Source: Heterodontus francisci
Taxonomy: Eukaryota
DNA length: 64,000 nt
Assembly (NCBI RefSeq): GCF_036365525.1
Contig: NC_090387.1
Span: 88,453,691 to 88,517,690 of the forward strand
Direction of reading: 5' to 3'
The translations under genes and the position numbers were made by a program. Shown here one piece after another: positions 38,780 to 52,269 of the stretch (position 1 is its first letter; each line of letters begins with the position of its first letter). The notes under the pieces are model-generated. The model was not told where the DNA came from, searched no databases, and saw nothing but the letters and a program-made list of their open reading frames with translations.

Positions 38780-39920
38780 GCTGTTCAAAATCATGAACTT
38801 CTTTGACAGGTTAAATATGAAAAAAACTGTTTCCACTGGCAGAAAAATCGATAACCAGATTAAAGATAGTTGGTAAAAGAACCAGTTAGTGAGTTATTAT
38901 GATCTGGGAGGCACTGCATGAAAGTGTGATGGAAGCAGATTCAATCATGCATTTCAAAAGGCAATTAAAATATGGTTGAAAAGAGTCATAGTCATAGAGT
39001 CATAGAGTTATACAGCGCAGAAACAGAACAACGTCATGTTTATGGAGAAAGAACAGGCAGTGGGGGGGGGGGGGGGGGCGAATTTTTTACCTTTTCAAGA
39101 AGATGGCATACCACGATGGGCACAATACCCCAATTCTCTTCTGCAAAGTACTATGATTTGATATGATTCCATGAAAACTCTGTTAACGAGGACTAAATGA
39201 AAATCTAATATATTTCTTGCATGTAAAACCTTTGTGAGAGAACAGGGAAGTTTAACGGATTACTTAACAGAGGCCTTTAAGTGCAAACCTGGTTTTGATT
39301 GAGTAATGAAGGGAATGTTCTCACCGGCAGAATAATTGGTAACCGGAGATCACAAATACAATTGTTAAAAGAGTTGGAGGTAAGACTAAGACAAATGCAT
39401 TTCCACAAGAGGTAGGCAAGATCTGGATTGCACTGCCTGAACGATTGGTTGAAGCAGATTCAATAGTATCTCTCAAAGCGGAATTGTATAAATAATTGTA
39501 GGGAAGAATATTGCCATAGTATGAAGAAACAAAAGGAGTGTTACCAATGGCATGGTTCTTTCAAACAGCCCACGCAGGCATGATGGATCGAGTGGCCTCA
39601 TTCTGTGCTGTTTATTCTGTGATTCTGTATGATTCTTTATAAATCTGTTAACAAGGACCACTGGAAGAAACTAACAAAAGCGTATTTCTCGTATTCCATG
39701 TTAATTTGAAATAGCAGAGCGAATCAGCAGGTTCAGGAATGGAATTAATTTCAGTTCGGATAGATAGATTCTTGATAAGCAAGGGGGTAAAAGGTTATTG
39801 GGGGTAGGCAGAAATGTGAAGTTGAGGTTACAATCAAATCAGCCATGATTTTGCTGAATGCTGGAGCAGGCTCGAGGGGCCGAGTGGCCTTTACCTGCTT
39901 TTAATTTGCATGTTCGTATG
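38780..39920 (+). mobile_element. Cluster of short CR1 3'-end fragments
   Basis: Three tails of the type gcactgcctgaa..gaagcagattcaat and ggctcgaggggccgagtggcct. Confidence 0.65.
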
Positions 39921-39921
39921 C

Positions 39922-40012
39922 TCACCATCCAAGGCCCCAGACATTTCTTCCAGGTAGAATAGCGATTTACTTGCACATCTTTCCATTTAGTGCACTTTAT
40001 TCACTGCTGAAA
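39922..40012 (+). mobile_element. Penelope-like GIY-YIG fragment
   Basis: Translates TIQGPRHFFQVE*RFTCTSFHLVHFIHC, matching the FTCTSxNxVYCIxC motif. Confidence 0.6.
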
Positions 40013-41691
40013 TGTTACATATGCCAGTGACACCCAGATCTGTGAAGGTATCAAAAAAATCACTGAGACACAGTTCACTAAAATATACTAACCTGGTATC
40101 AATGCACATTCTAGTGAAAGTCAAGAAAGTGAAGCTATGAATTAATAATTGACAGCTTTCTCTTGGAAATACATATATCCTTTGCTGCACTGAACGATGA
40201 GAATATTGCATTTCATAGTCTGGCCACTTCCAGAGACATTGGAACAATGCAGAAGTAGGTAAATAAGGATCTCGACAAAGCATCCATACCAAAGCCTGTT
40301 GAAAAGATTACCTGATAGTCCAGGACTGATTGACATATGTCACATGTGGCATGATACCTGGATACCGGTGCGTGTTTGCATGCAAAGTTGAGGCAACTAG
40401 CTTGTGGAATGTGTGCTGACGATGCACTGAGGAACGTGCCTCAGACATGCTCAGTTATTGATAATATGATAACATGAAATGATTAATATGGCTCCGGAGA
40501 GTGAGCAAAATTTTTACATCAGCGAAGCAATACCACATACTCCATAGTGGAACAGCATGTACTGGATTTCTGCTTTTAGTTGGGTCTGTTCGTCTGGACT
40601 TAAGCAGTAAGGATTCTGCTTTATAGGAATGGATTCCACTGCATCCGCATCATGTGTGGCTGAGGTGTGGCTTATCCATACAAACTCTTTTAGATGCTAT
40701 GAGTAGCCTTGTTTAGTGTTCTCTTTGTTCTGCATCTAATGACAAAAGCATGTTGTCCAATTTTCTTAACTTTTCTGTATTAGTTAACCGGATAGTAGGA
40801 AATTCAATTTGAGAATTGTCTAGGCTTCCTTCCACCTCATCCTCACTATCCTTTTCCCACTGAACAGTCCCGATTACTTGACATACCTCTACTGGCTTAT
40901 CCTCCTCCATGTGCTAATATTACTTGAACATATTGATATGACACACCCAATTCTTTTCCTGCTGATCAGAGGTGTCAATTAATTTATTTACCTTATCCAC
41001 TGTTTTGATCACTTCCTATGGACCATGGAACCGTGTTTTTAATGGTTAAGCCTGCAATGGTAAAATTCAGGTCTTTGCATTCCTGTCTGCCCATTTTTAA
41101 TATTGGCTTGGGATACTTTGACGTGTTCCTGAGCCACACCCGAAGCTTTCATGAGCCTTTCCTGGAGCACAGATACATTGTCTGGTACCGAAGATTCATT
41201 CCTTTACTCTAAGAACCTGTCTTTGATGAGTTTTAGAGGACCTCGTATCACATGTTCATAAACCAATTCGAAAGGACTAAAACATGTAAACTCATTCAGT
41301 CAATCTCTAGTGGTAAAAAAAATTCTAACCCTTTATCTCAATCATGGAGACATTCTTGAGAGTAAGCTCTGATCGTTAATTTGAGAGTTTGATGGTACCA
41401 TTCTAAAGATCCCTGTGTCTGTGGCTGATATGCTAAAGATTTTATCTGTTTGATACCAAATTGCCCCTGACATCTTGAAATATATTAGAAATAAAATTAG
41501 AATCTTGATCCGATTGAACTTCAAGCGGTAATTTATATCGCACAAAAAAAAATGGGTTAACACTCTACTTCTATTTGAGCAGCAATTGTCCTCAAGGGAA
41601 TGGCCTCCAGAAATCGAGTAGCCATATCCACGATAATGAGTATATATTGCTGTCCTGCTTTTTATTTGGCAAGGGTCCTAAACAGTCTACC

Positions 41692-44600
41692 TTCTTTTTT
41701 TGGCCTACTTGTCTCGAGAGACAATAGGTAAGTGCCTGGAGGTGGTCAGTGGTTTATGGAGCACTGCCTGGTGTGTCTATAAAGGCCAATTCTAGAGTGA
41801 CAGACTCTTCTACGGGCGCTGCAGATAAAATTGTTTGTCGGAGCTGTGACACAGTTGGCTCACTTCTGTATTTTTTCCTGCCAACTGCGAAGACTCTTGG
41901 ACTCACCACTCTTACGCACCCCCCCCGTTATGGCTGTCTGCCAGCTCTGGCAATCACTGGCGACTGACTCCCACCACGAGTGGTCAATGTTGCAGGACTT
42001 CATATCACGTTTGCAGACGTCTTTAAAGCGGAGACAAAGACAGCCAGTGGGTTTGATACCAGTGACGAGCTGCCTGTACAATGCGTCCTTGGAGATCCCT
42101 ATGGCCCACATGGTCAAGCCATCTCAAGCGCCGTTGGCTCAGTAGGGTGGATATACTGGGGATGTTGGCTGCATCGAGGACTTCTGCTTTCAAGATACGG
42201 TCCTGCCACCTGTAGCCAAGGCTTCTCCGGAGGCAGTGAAGATGGAATTGGCTGAGATGTTGCTCTTGACTGACATACGTTGTCCAGGCCTTTCTGCCAA
42301 AGAGCAAAGTCGTTTTTAGTTTTAGAGTTACAGTACTGAAACAGGCCCTTAGGCCCACCGAGTCTATGCCAACCATCAACCACCCATTTATACTAATCCT
42401 ACACTAATTCCATATTGCTACCACATCCCCACCTGTCCCTATATTTCCCTACCACCTAATTTTTCTAGGGGCAATTTATAATGGCCAATTAACCTATCAA
42501 ACTGCAAGTCTTTGGCATGTGGGAGAAAGCCAGAGCACCCGGAGGAAACCCACGCAGACACAGGGAGAACTTGCAAACTCCACACAGGCAGTACCCAGAA
42601 TTGAACCCGGGTCGCTGGAGCTGTGAGGCTGTGATGCTAACCACTGCACCACTGTGCCGCCCACAGGACACAGGCTTGAAACACTCCTATTTTTGTGTTC
42701 CGTGTCAATGCGCCATTTTCCTACACCCTCTTGGCCAGTCTGGACATAGCAGCAGAAGCCATTCCCATGTGCTTGTTGACTTCTGCATCGGGAGACAGGT
42801 TACTGGTGATAGTTGAGCCTAGGTAGGTGAACTCTTGAACCACTTCCAGAGGATGGTCGCCGATATTGATGGATGGAGTATTTCTGACGTCCTGTCCCAT
42901 GATGTTCGTTTTCTTGAGGCTGATGGTTAGGCCAAATTCGTTGCAGGCAGCTGCAATCCTGTCGATGAGTCTCTGCAGACACTCTTCTGTGTGGGATGTT
43001 AATGCAGCATCGTCAGCAAAGAGGAGTTCCCCGATGAGGACTTTCCGTACTTTGATCTTCACTGTAAGATGGGCAAGGTTGAACAAACTGCCTTCTGATC
43101 TTGTGTGGAGGAAAATTCCTTCTTCTGAAGACTTGAACGCATGTGAGAGCAACAGTGAGAAGAAGATCCCAAACAGTGTAGGTGCGAGAATACAGCCCTG
43201 TTTCACGCAACTCAGAATAGGAAAGGGGTCTGATGAGGCACCACTATACTGAATTGTGCCTTTCATATTGTCATGGAATGAGGTGATGATACTTAGTAGC
43301 TTTGGTGGACATCCAATCTTTGCTAATTGTCTGAAGAGAGCACGTCTGCTGATGAGGTCAAAGGCTTTGGTGAGATCTATGAAAGCAGCATAGAGGGGCA
43401 TCTGTTATTTGTGGCATTTCTCATGTAGCTGGCGAAGGGAGAACAGCATCTCAGTGGTGGAGCTCTCTGCTCGAAAGCCGCACTGTGCCTCAGGGTAGAC
43501 ATGTTCAGCCGGCTTCTGGAGTCTGTTTAAAATGACTCGAGCAAAGACTTTCCCCACTATGTTGAGCAGGGAGATTCTTTGGTCGTTGTTGCAGTCACAG
43601 TGTTCACCTCTGATGTTTCTGGTGTCGGAGGCCAGCTGAATACGACTGCATAGGTATTGCCAGTAGTCATTTGCACAGAGCCTGGTTGTTCTTTGTGCAG
43701 CAATTCTGGCTACTTTAAGTGCTACGGCTGTTACCTCGTTGGGGGCTTTCTTGTAGTTCAACCGTGCAGTGCGATTAGCAGCTATGACAGGTTCCAGCTC
43801 TTGAAAGTGAGATTGAAATCAGTCTGCATTCTTCTTCACGTTTGCCAAAGGTGGCCATTGATGAGTCATAGATGTGGGCCCACTTCGTCTCTGCATCCCC
43901 TGCAGGAGTGCTTTGAAGCGCTTTTTCAAGTGAATTTAAAAATTTGTGTAAAAGCTGTGGATAAGAAATTCTGTTAGTGTTGATGCACGGGCGGCCCTTC
44001 TGCTTGGAGTGATGTAGCATCTTTGGTTTGAATCTAACTTTGCTGCACACCAGGGAGTGGTCATTGTCGCAGTCTGCATTGTGGAAGCTGCGTGTAATTT
44101 GGACATTGTTTATAGAGGCTCACCTTGTGACGATGGGGTCCAGCTGGTGCCAACGACATGATCTTGGGTGTCTCCATGAAACCTGATCACAGGGTTTAGT
44201 ATGAAAGAACGATTTGGTGATGCAGAGGTTGTGATAGGTACACAACTCCAGCAGTCTCTGTTCATTCTCCTTCATCCTTCCTATGCCATAGTGCCCAAGG
44301 CAGGAGGGCCATGAGTCATGGTCGGCCCCAACCCTCACGTTAAAGTCCCACAGCAGGAACAAACGTTTGGTATTAGGATTGCTACGAACGATATTATGGA
44401 GTTCCTCATAGAAGTGGTCTTTAACTTCAGGTGAGGAGCAGAGTGTTGGAGCATAGATGCTGAGTAGGTGTACTGGACCAGAGGCGGTGAGCAGTTGGAT
44501 GGACCGTATGCATTCCAAGCCATTTGAAGTTGGCTCTATCATGCTGAGCAAAGCGTTTCTGATGATGGAGCCCACTCTTTGCTGTCTTGGTTCTTCAGGA

Positions 44601-46034
44601 TCCCTACCCTGGCAGTAGAAAGTGTAGTCTTGCTCTCTTAGAGATCTTCTCACAGGGAGGCGTGTCTCCTGAACTGCTGCAATGTCCACATTGAGTCTAC
44701 TGAGCTCCCTGTTAATGATGGTGGTCTTCCCAGAGTCGTTGATTTGTGTAAGGTCGTCTGAAAGGCCAGCACATGTAGTTTGGACGTTCCAGCTTGCAAA
44801 ACGAAGGGCTGGTACCTTCTTTCCTTTTCTTGTCATGCTGTTTGGTATGGTGTTACAGGCCACTTGTCAGGCAATGACCCTGAACTCCAAGCATACATTG
44901 AGGCAGGTGGACTGTGGTGAGACAGAACCTTTCTGACCAGAGGGTGCCCAGTTTGAGGCGGGTGGTAGTTGTCCAGTGAGATATGATGACCTCTCCCACC
45001 GACAAAGGCAAACCGTGGCACCCCATCTCTACACCAATTGAACTGGACTTATAACCCGTAACTGCTGTCTTCTGTGTTGTTTTCGTCACTGTGAGGCAAC
45101 TATGGAGTGACCTCTCCATCGCGCATTCCGGCGCAGAATGTATGGAGGTTGTGAATTGCCCAAGCATCAAAACCTCCCTCTCGGCCTTCCTAGAGGGGTC
45201 AAAAGGAGTGCAGAGCACGACGTTTGGCACCAGTTTGGCTGCAGGAACTGCCGGAAACATGCCAAAGGTGACACATGACCGCCTTAGGGGTTCTGGATTG
45301 CCAGACTGCAAGGATATCGCCAGAATGCAAGGAACTACTCAGAATCCCGGGCGTTGAAGTCAGAGCTCCGATATGTCCTTATTATTGAAGATCTCCGGCA
45401 TAATACTCCAATGAATATCCGAACGCTGGCGTTCATAAAACTCAGGCTTGCCTTAAGTAAGCACGTCCGGCTAAACCCTGAGCTTCTCTAGCAGCTTGAA
45501 GTCAAGCACTGGACTGGGGCCTCTATGAACGCATGCCAAAGGTTCAGCGAGGCCTCGCCCCCACACCCACTCCCGCCCCCCACCGCCGCCCCCTGCTGGT
45601 CTCCTACGGAAAATCCTTGATCGGATCCCGGGAGAAGAAAGTCCACATCGCGGCCGGCCATAACATTGACCCCTCCCCCCTCCCTCCCTCGCACCACCTT
45701 CTTCCCTCGCACCCCTTCCCCCCTCCCCTTTCCCCCACACCCCCTTCCTCCGCATCCCCTTCCCCTCGCAGCCCCTTCCACCACACTGCCCTCCTGCACC
45801 CCCTTCCCCCTGCCCCCTGGCACCCCCCGCTCCCCCTTCTCGCCCGCAACCCCTTCCCCCTCGCACCCCCTCCGGCCTTGCACACCCTCCCACCTTTCCT
45901 CTCCCTCCATGAAATCGCACTGCTTACTTGTTTAGGCCCCTGCTCAGGAGCTTACATCCACACGGCCTTGTGGGCGTCTTGGGAGAGACTAAGGCTAAGG
46001 GAGTAAACCCTAACAGAAAATCCAGAGAGGAACG
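41692..46034 (-). mobile_element. RTE-clade LINE copy 2 with inverted 5' segment and TSD
   Basis: APE ORF 44120-44863 and RT ORF 42721-43401; tail ..ggccaaaaaaagaag; TSD CAGTCTACC at 41683-41691 and 46035-46043; segment ~45300-46034 is inverted. Confidence 0.92.
42322..42662 (-). mobile_element. tRNA-derived SINE (HE1-like) inserted in the RTE
   Basis: Reverse-complement SINE interrupting the YQACVL|..LLYG region of the RTE. Confidence 0.9.
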
Positions 46035-49000
46035 CAGTCTACCAATACCCTACTAAATAGTTCCTCAATAAGTTGTCTCGGAATTAGGGTTTCTGGGTTT
46101 ATGGTACGTTGTGATATTCCCACCATGTGGCACGCATGACATTTCCTACAAAACTGCCTCACATCCTTTGTGAGGCCTAGCCTGTAATAATGTTGACTTT
46201 ATACGTGATTTGGTCTTCTGGATCTGCATGTGTCCTGCTAGAGCAATGTGCTAATCATAATCATTTCTTGCGATGTTTCGGTGTTATCACTACCTGTCAA
46301 ACATCCCTCCATTGTTCATCCACAGGTCTATGAGGTGGTCTCCAGTTCTTCCTCAGTTGCCCGTCTTCAACATAATAGCCTTCTGAAACACCTTTTGCCT
46401 CAGCTTCTGTCAGAGCTGACTGTGTTATTCTTTACAACTCTGGATCAGCTTGCTTGGCTATGATTAGAGAAGGTTTGTTAAACATCTCATTTGGATTATC
46501 TAAATCCCCAAGGAAAGTTTCAGATACTTGGCTACCTGTTTGTGATGCCAATTTCACCTAAGAAATGAACTTTCTTATCCATTGCTCAGGTTATGACACA
46601 AGCTGAAAATATTCCTGGAACGTGTTCCTGTAATTATTCTGTTTCTTTAATTTCACTTGGTTTCTCGGTGACTACAGGAGAAGATGACACTGTTGCTCTG
46701 ACCAAACCATTCCCTAGCACTAGGTCATTTCCCTCTACCAGCAAACTATGGACAACTCCTACAGTTACCAACCCAAACTCAGATTCTAGGTGCAGTCGAT
46801 AAAAAGGGGCAGGTATATAATCCCCGCCAATACCATTGACTAAAACTTTAGCATTCAGTGCGCTCTTTGGTGGAAATGTTATACCTTCCTGCAGAAAAAA
46901 GAGTTTTGGTTGTTCCTGTATTCCTAAGTACAACGATAGTCTTGCTTGCCTCATTTGAGGGATATGGAGTTATTTTTCCTTTCGACAAGAATCATTATAA
47001 CTTTCACGTATCTTATTCTCATCCTCTACACTCACTTCAGTTTTTGTATCTGGTTTTACATCTGCCATCAACACTACAGCCTCGTCTGCTGTACTCTCAG
47101 CCAGCGCCCCTTATTCTGCTTTAACAATGTGTACCCCAACAACTCCTAATTGTTTACCACAAAACTTCCAGCATTCTGAACGAAGATGTCCCACTTTGTG
47201 GCAGTGATAACACTTTGGCTTGTGGAAATCACTTCTGCCCTCAACTCCTTCCTTTCTGGCTTGAGGATGTGATACTGGGGCGGTCCCAGCTGTTCCTTCT
47301 TGTTCCCGTCTACTTGCCTTCCTTTCACTCTCCCACCTTGTATCCTTCTCGGGTTTTTGGGGGTGATGGAAAAAAGGTTTTGGTGTATTCTCAACCTCAA
47401 AATCATCAGTGATTTTCGTTGCTTGCCAGGCTTTTGAAAACCTGTGATCTATACATGAGTTCTTATTGTTGGAGGGATTGAATTTTTAAAATCTTCCAAC
47501 AGAAACAATTCTCTTAGATTCTCATACGTGGCTTCTATCTTAATTGCCGTATCCAATGATCAAAATTAATTTGCTTTAACCCTCTCAAATTCTACATAAG
47601 TCTGCCCAGCCAATATCCTTACGTTCCGAAACATCTGTCATAAGCTTCAGGGACTAATGCATACGCAGTGAGAATAGCCTTTTTTCCATTTCATAAGCTG
47701 CAGAAGCCTCTTCAGAAAGCACGACACAAACCTCATCAGCTCTGCACATCAACCTGCTTTGCATAAACAGCGTCGAGCTTTCCTTTGGTCATTTCATTTG
47801 TTTGGCTATTATTTTTCAAAATAAATGACAAATGCCCCTATTTCCCTCTCCTCAAACTTAATGAGAGCTTATATAAATTTAAATAGCTTTTCACTGGGTA
47901 CTGGGCTGGGTTCAGATTCTTCCTGACCAGAATTTTTCCTGGAATCAAGTCTACCCATTATCAGAGTTCTATCTGTTTCAATTTGAATTCCCTTTCTTCC
48001 CTTTCGCTGTCTCTTTGAGATGCTTTCTCATTCTCCCTTTCCTCTTTTTACAATTCAGGTTTTCTTAATTCTTTTTCAGCCTCAAGATTTTTTCATTTGT
48101 AATTGAATTTTAGCCAATTTAACTGCATCAACTTCTGATGTACTTTCCTCTTCCTCTTCTTCTTCTGATTATTATTCTTCTTCTTCTTATTATTCATCAT
48201 CCTCTTCTTCCAATTTCCGATGTTAGGCTATTGAGTCAATTATCTCTGCTTTTTTTAGTAACTGATTTCAATTCCCCAATTGTGCTGCCAAATATTTTAG
48301 TTTAATCTTGGTTAAAGTTTTCAAGTCACTGAAGAACACATTCTACTTTCCCATTAAAAAAACGCGTGCAACTGCTAATTCCATTCCGATGGTGTAGCCT
48401 TTATGCTATTATCCAAGAAACTTGTCTCCTTTTTTGTCAGTTATTTAGTCCCCTTAAAATTAACGAAATTATCATTGGAATTTAATTCCAACAGGAGCCC
48501 CCAATTAATATGTTATGAACAAGGCGGGAGTAAGGAGATGTTGATTCAGTCCCACTACTCAAGCGGTCACAGTATATTCGTAAAGTTTCCCACCTACAGG
48601 AGAATAGACAAATTAAAAAAGCCACTGGGTCCCCAGAATAAAGCACAGCAAACAAGGATTTTTTAAACAACAACAAAATTAACTATTTACTAATAAACTA
48701 AGTCTTAATAATGAGATAACTCGATACGTGAAAGGATTCTTTCCCAACTTCTTATTCTTCCTAACCCTCATGCACACACAGATATATTCAAAAAATCTGT
48801 TAACCGGGGGGAAAAGGATATCTTGGATTACAACTGTTTCTTAGGAATAAAAAGAAAAAATAGCATGATTGACTTAATCAGGTTCTTGTAGGATGTTTAC
48901 TGGTAAAGTGAGGTGTCCCAAGTTCAAATAGTCAGATTCCATTCGAATTCTCTCCAGATGAGGCTGTTGAACAGTTTGTGATGGATAAGCGTTCAAGGCA

Positions 49001-50054
49001 ATTTGTCTGCAGCAGGCGTTACACAGGTCTTCCAACAAAGGGGGTAGCAACAGGTCTGCTTGGGTTTTGAAGTAGCAGTCTAGCAATAGAAGATTTCATG
49101 AGATTTTCGAACCTCCAAAACATGAGGCACCAGGAATCACTCTCGAGGCAACGATTCTTCAGAGACTGGAGGCAATGGGAATCTGCTACCTTTCAAATGC
49201 TGGGGCTTCCTCTCTGCAAAGCAGTCTTCCTCCGAAGGGAGTAGCAACACCTTTTTCCTGGGTATTTTCCTCTTTCCCGTGGTCTTTTTCCCCCAGGCAG
49301 ACCACAGATGCACCTCAAATGTAGGAATTCCATCCAAGAGATGCCTCCTTCACAGTAAGGTGATAACAACGATTTGAGTAAGCAGCTCCGCATATATCCC
49401 ACGTGATAACGCGTCCGCAGTTTAAAATAGTAAAGGTTAGTAGGAGACGAAAACGAGCAGTATTCAATTTGATGCTGGTTTTGGGAACTTAGATAATTAG
49501 GAAACAGTTCCTTTTTTTTTTAGCCTCCACTTTAGATTTTTGTCTGGAGTTTGGATTGGTTTTATAAGCTACAGATAACTCGATGTGCTCTTTATGGGCA
49601 TTAAATTCTTGACAACGTGCTTTAGCTATTATGTTAGCCTAAAACATCCGTGCGGGATATTTTAACGTAAACATTAAAACATTTATTTTAATTGGGCCTA
49701 GCGTTACTTTAAAACAACCGACAAAGTAATTTTTATTTGAGAACCATTTGAGGTGCAATGGGAGATTAATGACCCTGCCCCACGCTTATGTTCCATATGG
49801 TTGATGTTTGCAGTTTAGGGAACAATTATTCAAGCACATGGCAAGGACGAGACTTGCGCAAGTGTGCCGGTTTGCATCCAGTTTTGGAACGCTGGTGCCA
49901 ATTTTCATGTTAAAAAAGGCAGGTGGTCAGCATATATCGTGCGTTTCTAACGTTTAGACGTGGTCTTATAAACCTCCTTTCAAAATAAGTTGGAATTTAA
50001 CACGATGCGCAAAGTCCAAATAAATTATCATGGGAATTATCACTCAAGCCAGTC

Positions 50055-52150
50055 ATAAAGTCATAGAGTTATACAGCACAGAAACAGGCCCTTCGGCCCA
50101 TTGTGCCTGTGCCGGCCATACAGCATCCAGCTATTCTAATCCCATATTCCTGCACTTGGCCCGTAGCCATGTATGCTATAGCGTTACAAGTGCTCATCTA
50201 AATACTTCTTAAATGTTATGAGGGTTCCTGCCTGCACCACCTCTTCAGGCAGTGCGGTCTAGATTTCAACCACCCTCTGGGTGAAAAGAAATGTTTCTGC
50301 AAATCTCCCCTAAACCTCCTGCCCCTGGTCTTTGACCCCTCCACTAAGGTAAACAAATTTCCTCCTATCTAACCTATCAATGCCGCTCATAATCTTGTGC
50401 ACCTCAATCATGTCCCCCCTCAGCCTGTTCTGCTCCAAGGAAAACAACCCTGGCCTTTTCAGTCTATCTTCATAGCTGAAATGCTCCAGCACAAGCAACA
50501 TCCTGGTGAATCTCCTTTGCACCCTCTCCAGTGCAATCATATCTTTCTTATACTGTGGTGACCAGACAGTACACAGCACTCCAACTATGGCCTAACTAGC
50601 GTTTTATACAGCTCCACCAGAACCTCCCTGCTCTTATATTCTATGCCTCGGCTAATAAAGGCAAGTATCTCATATGCCTTCCTAACCACCTTATCTACCT
50701 GTGCAGCTACCTTCAGTGATCTATGGACAAGTACACCAAGGTCCTTCTGGCTTTCTGTACTTCCTAGATTCCTACCATCCATTGTGTATTCACTTGCCGT
50801 GTTAGTCCTCCCAAACTGCATTACCTCACACTTTTCAGGACTAAATTCCATTTGCCACTGCTCCACCCATCTTACAAGCCCATTTATATCTCCCTGTAAT
50901 CTAAGGATTTCCTCCTCACTATTTACAACATCACCAATCTTCGTGTCATCTGCGAACTTACTTATCATACCTCCTGTATTCACGTCTATATCATTAATGT
51001 ACACTACAAATAGCAAGGGTCCCAGCACCGATCCCTGTGGTGCACCACTGGTCACAAGCTTCCACTCGCAAAAACAGCCCTCGACCATTACCCTCTGTCT
51101 CCTGCCACTAAGCCAATTTTGGATCCAATTTGCCAAATTGCCCTGGATCCCATGGGATCTTAGCTTCTTACCCAACTCTCCCATACGGGACCTTATCAAA
51201 AGCCTTACTGAAATCCATGCATATTACATCTACTGCTTTACCCTCATCGACACATCCCGTCACCTCCTCGAAAAATTCAATCAAGTTAGTTAGACACGAT
51301 CTCCCCCTGACAAAGCCAAGCTGACTATCCCTGATTTATCTCTGCCTCTTCAACTGGAGGTTAATCCTGTCCCTCAGAATGTTTCCAATATTTTCACAAC
51401 CACTGATGTTAGACTCACTGGCCTGTAATTACCTGATTTATCCCTACTACCCTTCTTGAATAATGGAACGACATTCGCTGTCTTCCAGTCCTCTGATACC
51501 TCTCCTGTGGCCAGAGCGGATTTGAAAATTAGTGTCAAAGCCCCTGCTATCTCCTCCCTTGCCTCACATAACAGGCAGGGATACATCTCATCTGGGCCTG
51601 AGGATTCATCCTCTTTTAAGACAGCTAAAACAGCTAATATTTCCATCTTTCAACACTAATAAGCTCAAGTATATTACAATCCCCCTCCCTGATCTCTACA
51701 CCTACATCGTCCTTCTCCATAGTGAACACCAACGAAACATAGTTATTTAAAACCTCAGCTATGTCCTCCGGCTCCACACAAAGATTGTCACGTTGGTCTC
51801 TAATGGGCCCTACTCTTTCCCTCTTACGCTTAATATACTTATAAAACGCCTTGGGATTTTCCTTTATCTTGACCACCAGTGTTTTTTCATGCCCATTCTT
51901 CGCTCTCGTGATTACTTTTTTAAAGTGCCAACTTACACTTTCTATACTCCTCTCGTGCATCTGCTGTTTTCAGCGCTTGGGATCTGCCGTAAGCCTCCTT
52001 TTTTTCCTGATCCAATCCTCTATATCCCTTGACATCCAGGGTTCCCTGGGCCTGTTAGTCCTACCCGTCACCTTTATGGGTACATGTTGGCTCTGAACAC
52101 TCATTATTTCCTCTTTGAATGACTCCCACAGGTCTGATGTAGATTTTCTT
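50055..52150 (-). mobile_element. 5'-truncated CR1 LINE
   Basis: ENPKAFYKYI, WKTANVVPLFKKG, PQGSVLGPLLF..KFADDT; tail near 50060. Confidence 0.92.
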
Positions 52151-52269
52151 ACAAGTAGCTGCTCCCAGTCGACGGAGTACTGATAATTGCAGTCGCTGGC
52201 TTGAGTCTGGAGTCATCCGTTCAATTTTCTATCAGTGGGATTTGTTTGAACTTGAATTGGTGCTTACTT

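Larger units (their letters stand above)
40550..49350 (-). mobile_element. Gmr1-type Ty3/gypsy LTR retrotransposon, decayed and 3'-truncated, split by an RTE
   Basis: LTR ends in CATAACA at 48511 (far boundary uncertain); degenerate tRNA-Pro PBS TGGGGGCTC; gag from ~48383 with knuckle CYHCHKVGHLRSEC (~47200); protease ~47000-46700; integrase RVLVDCLGPLP..YILIIVDMATRFLEAIPL; RT start IPIKQNPYCLSP..EIQYML at ~40640-40555. Confidence 0.85.

Noticed and set aside
45471-46006. Overlapping Gly- and Pro-rich ORFs (also 1280-1516)
   Set aside because: By-products of the C-rich low-complexity RTE 5' UTR.
50643-51293. Long plus-strand ORFs antisense to CR1 RT (also 54328-54765)
   Set aside because: Typical shadow ORFs of LINE ORF2.
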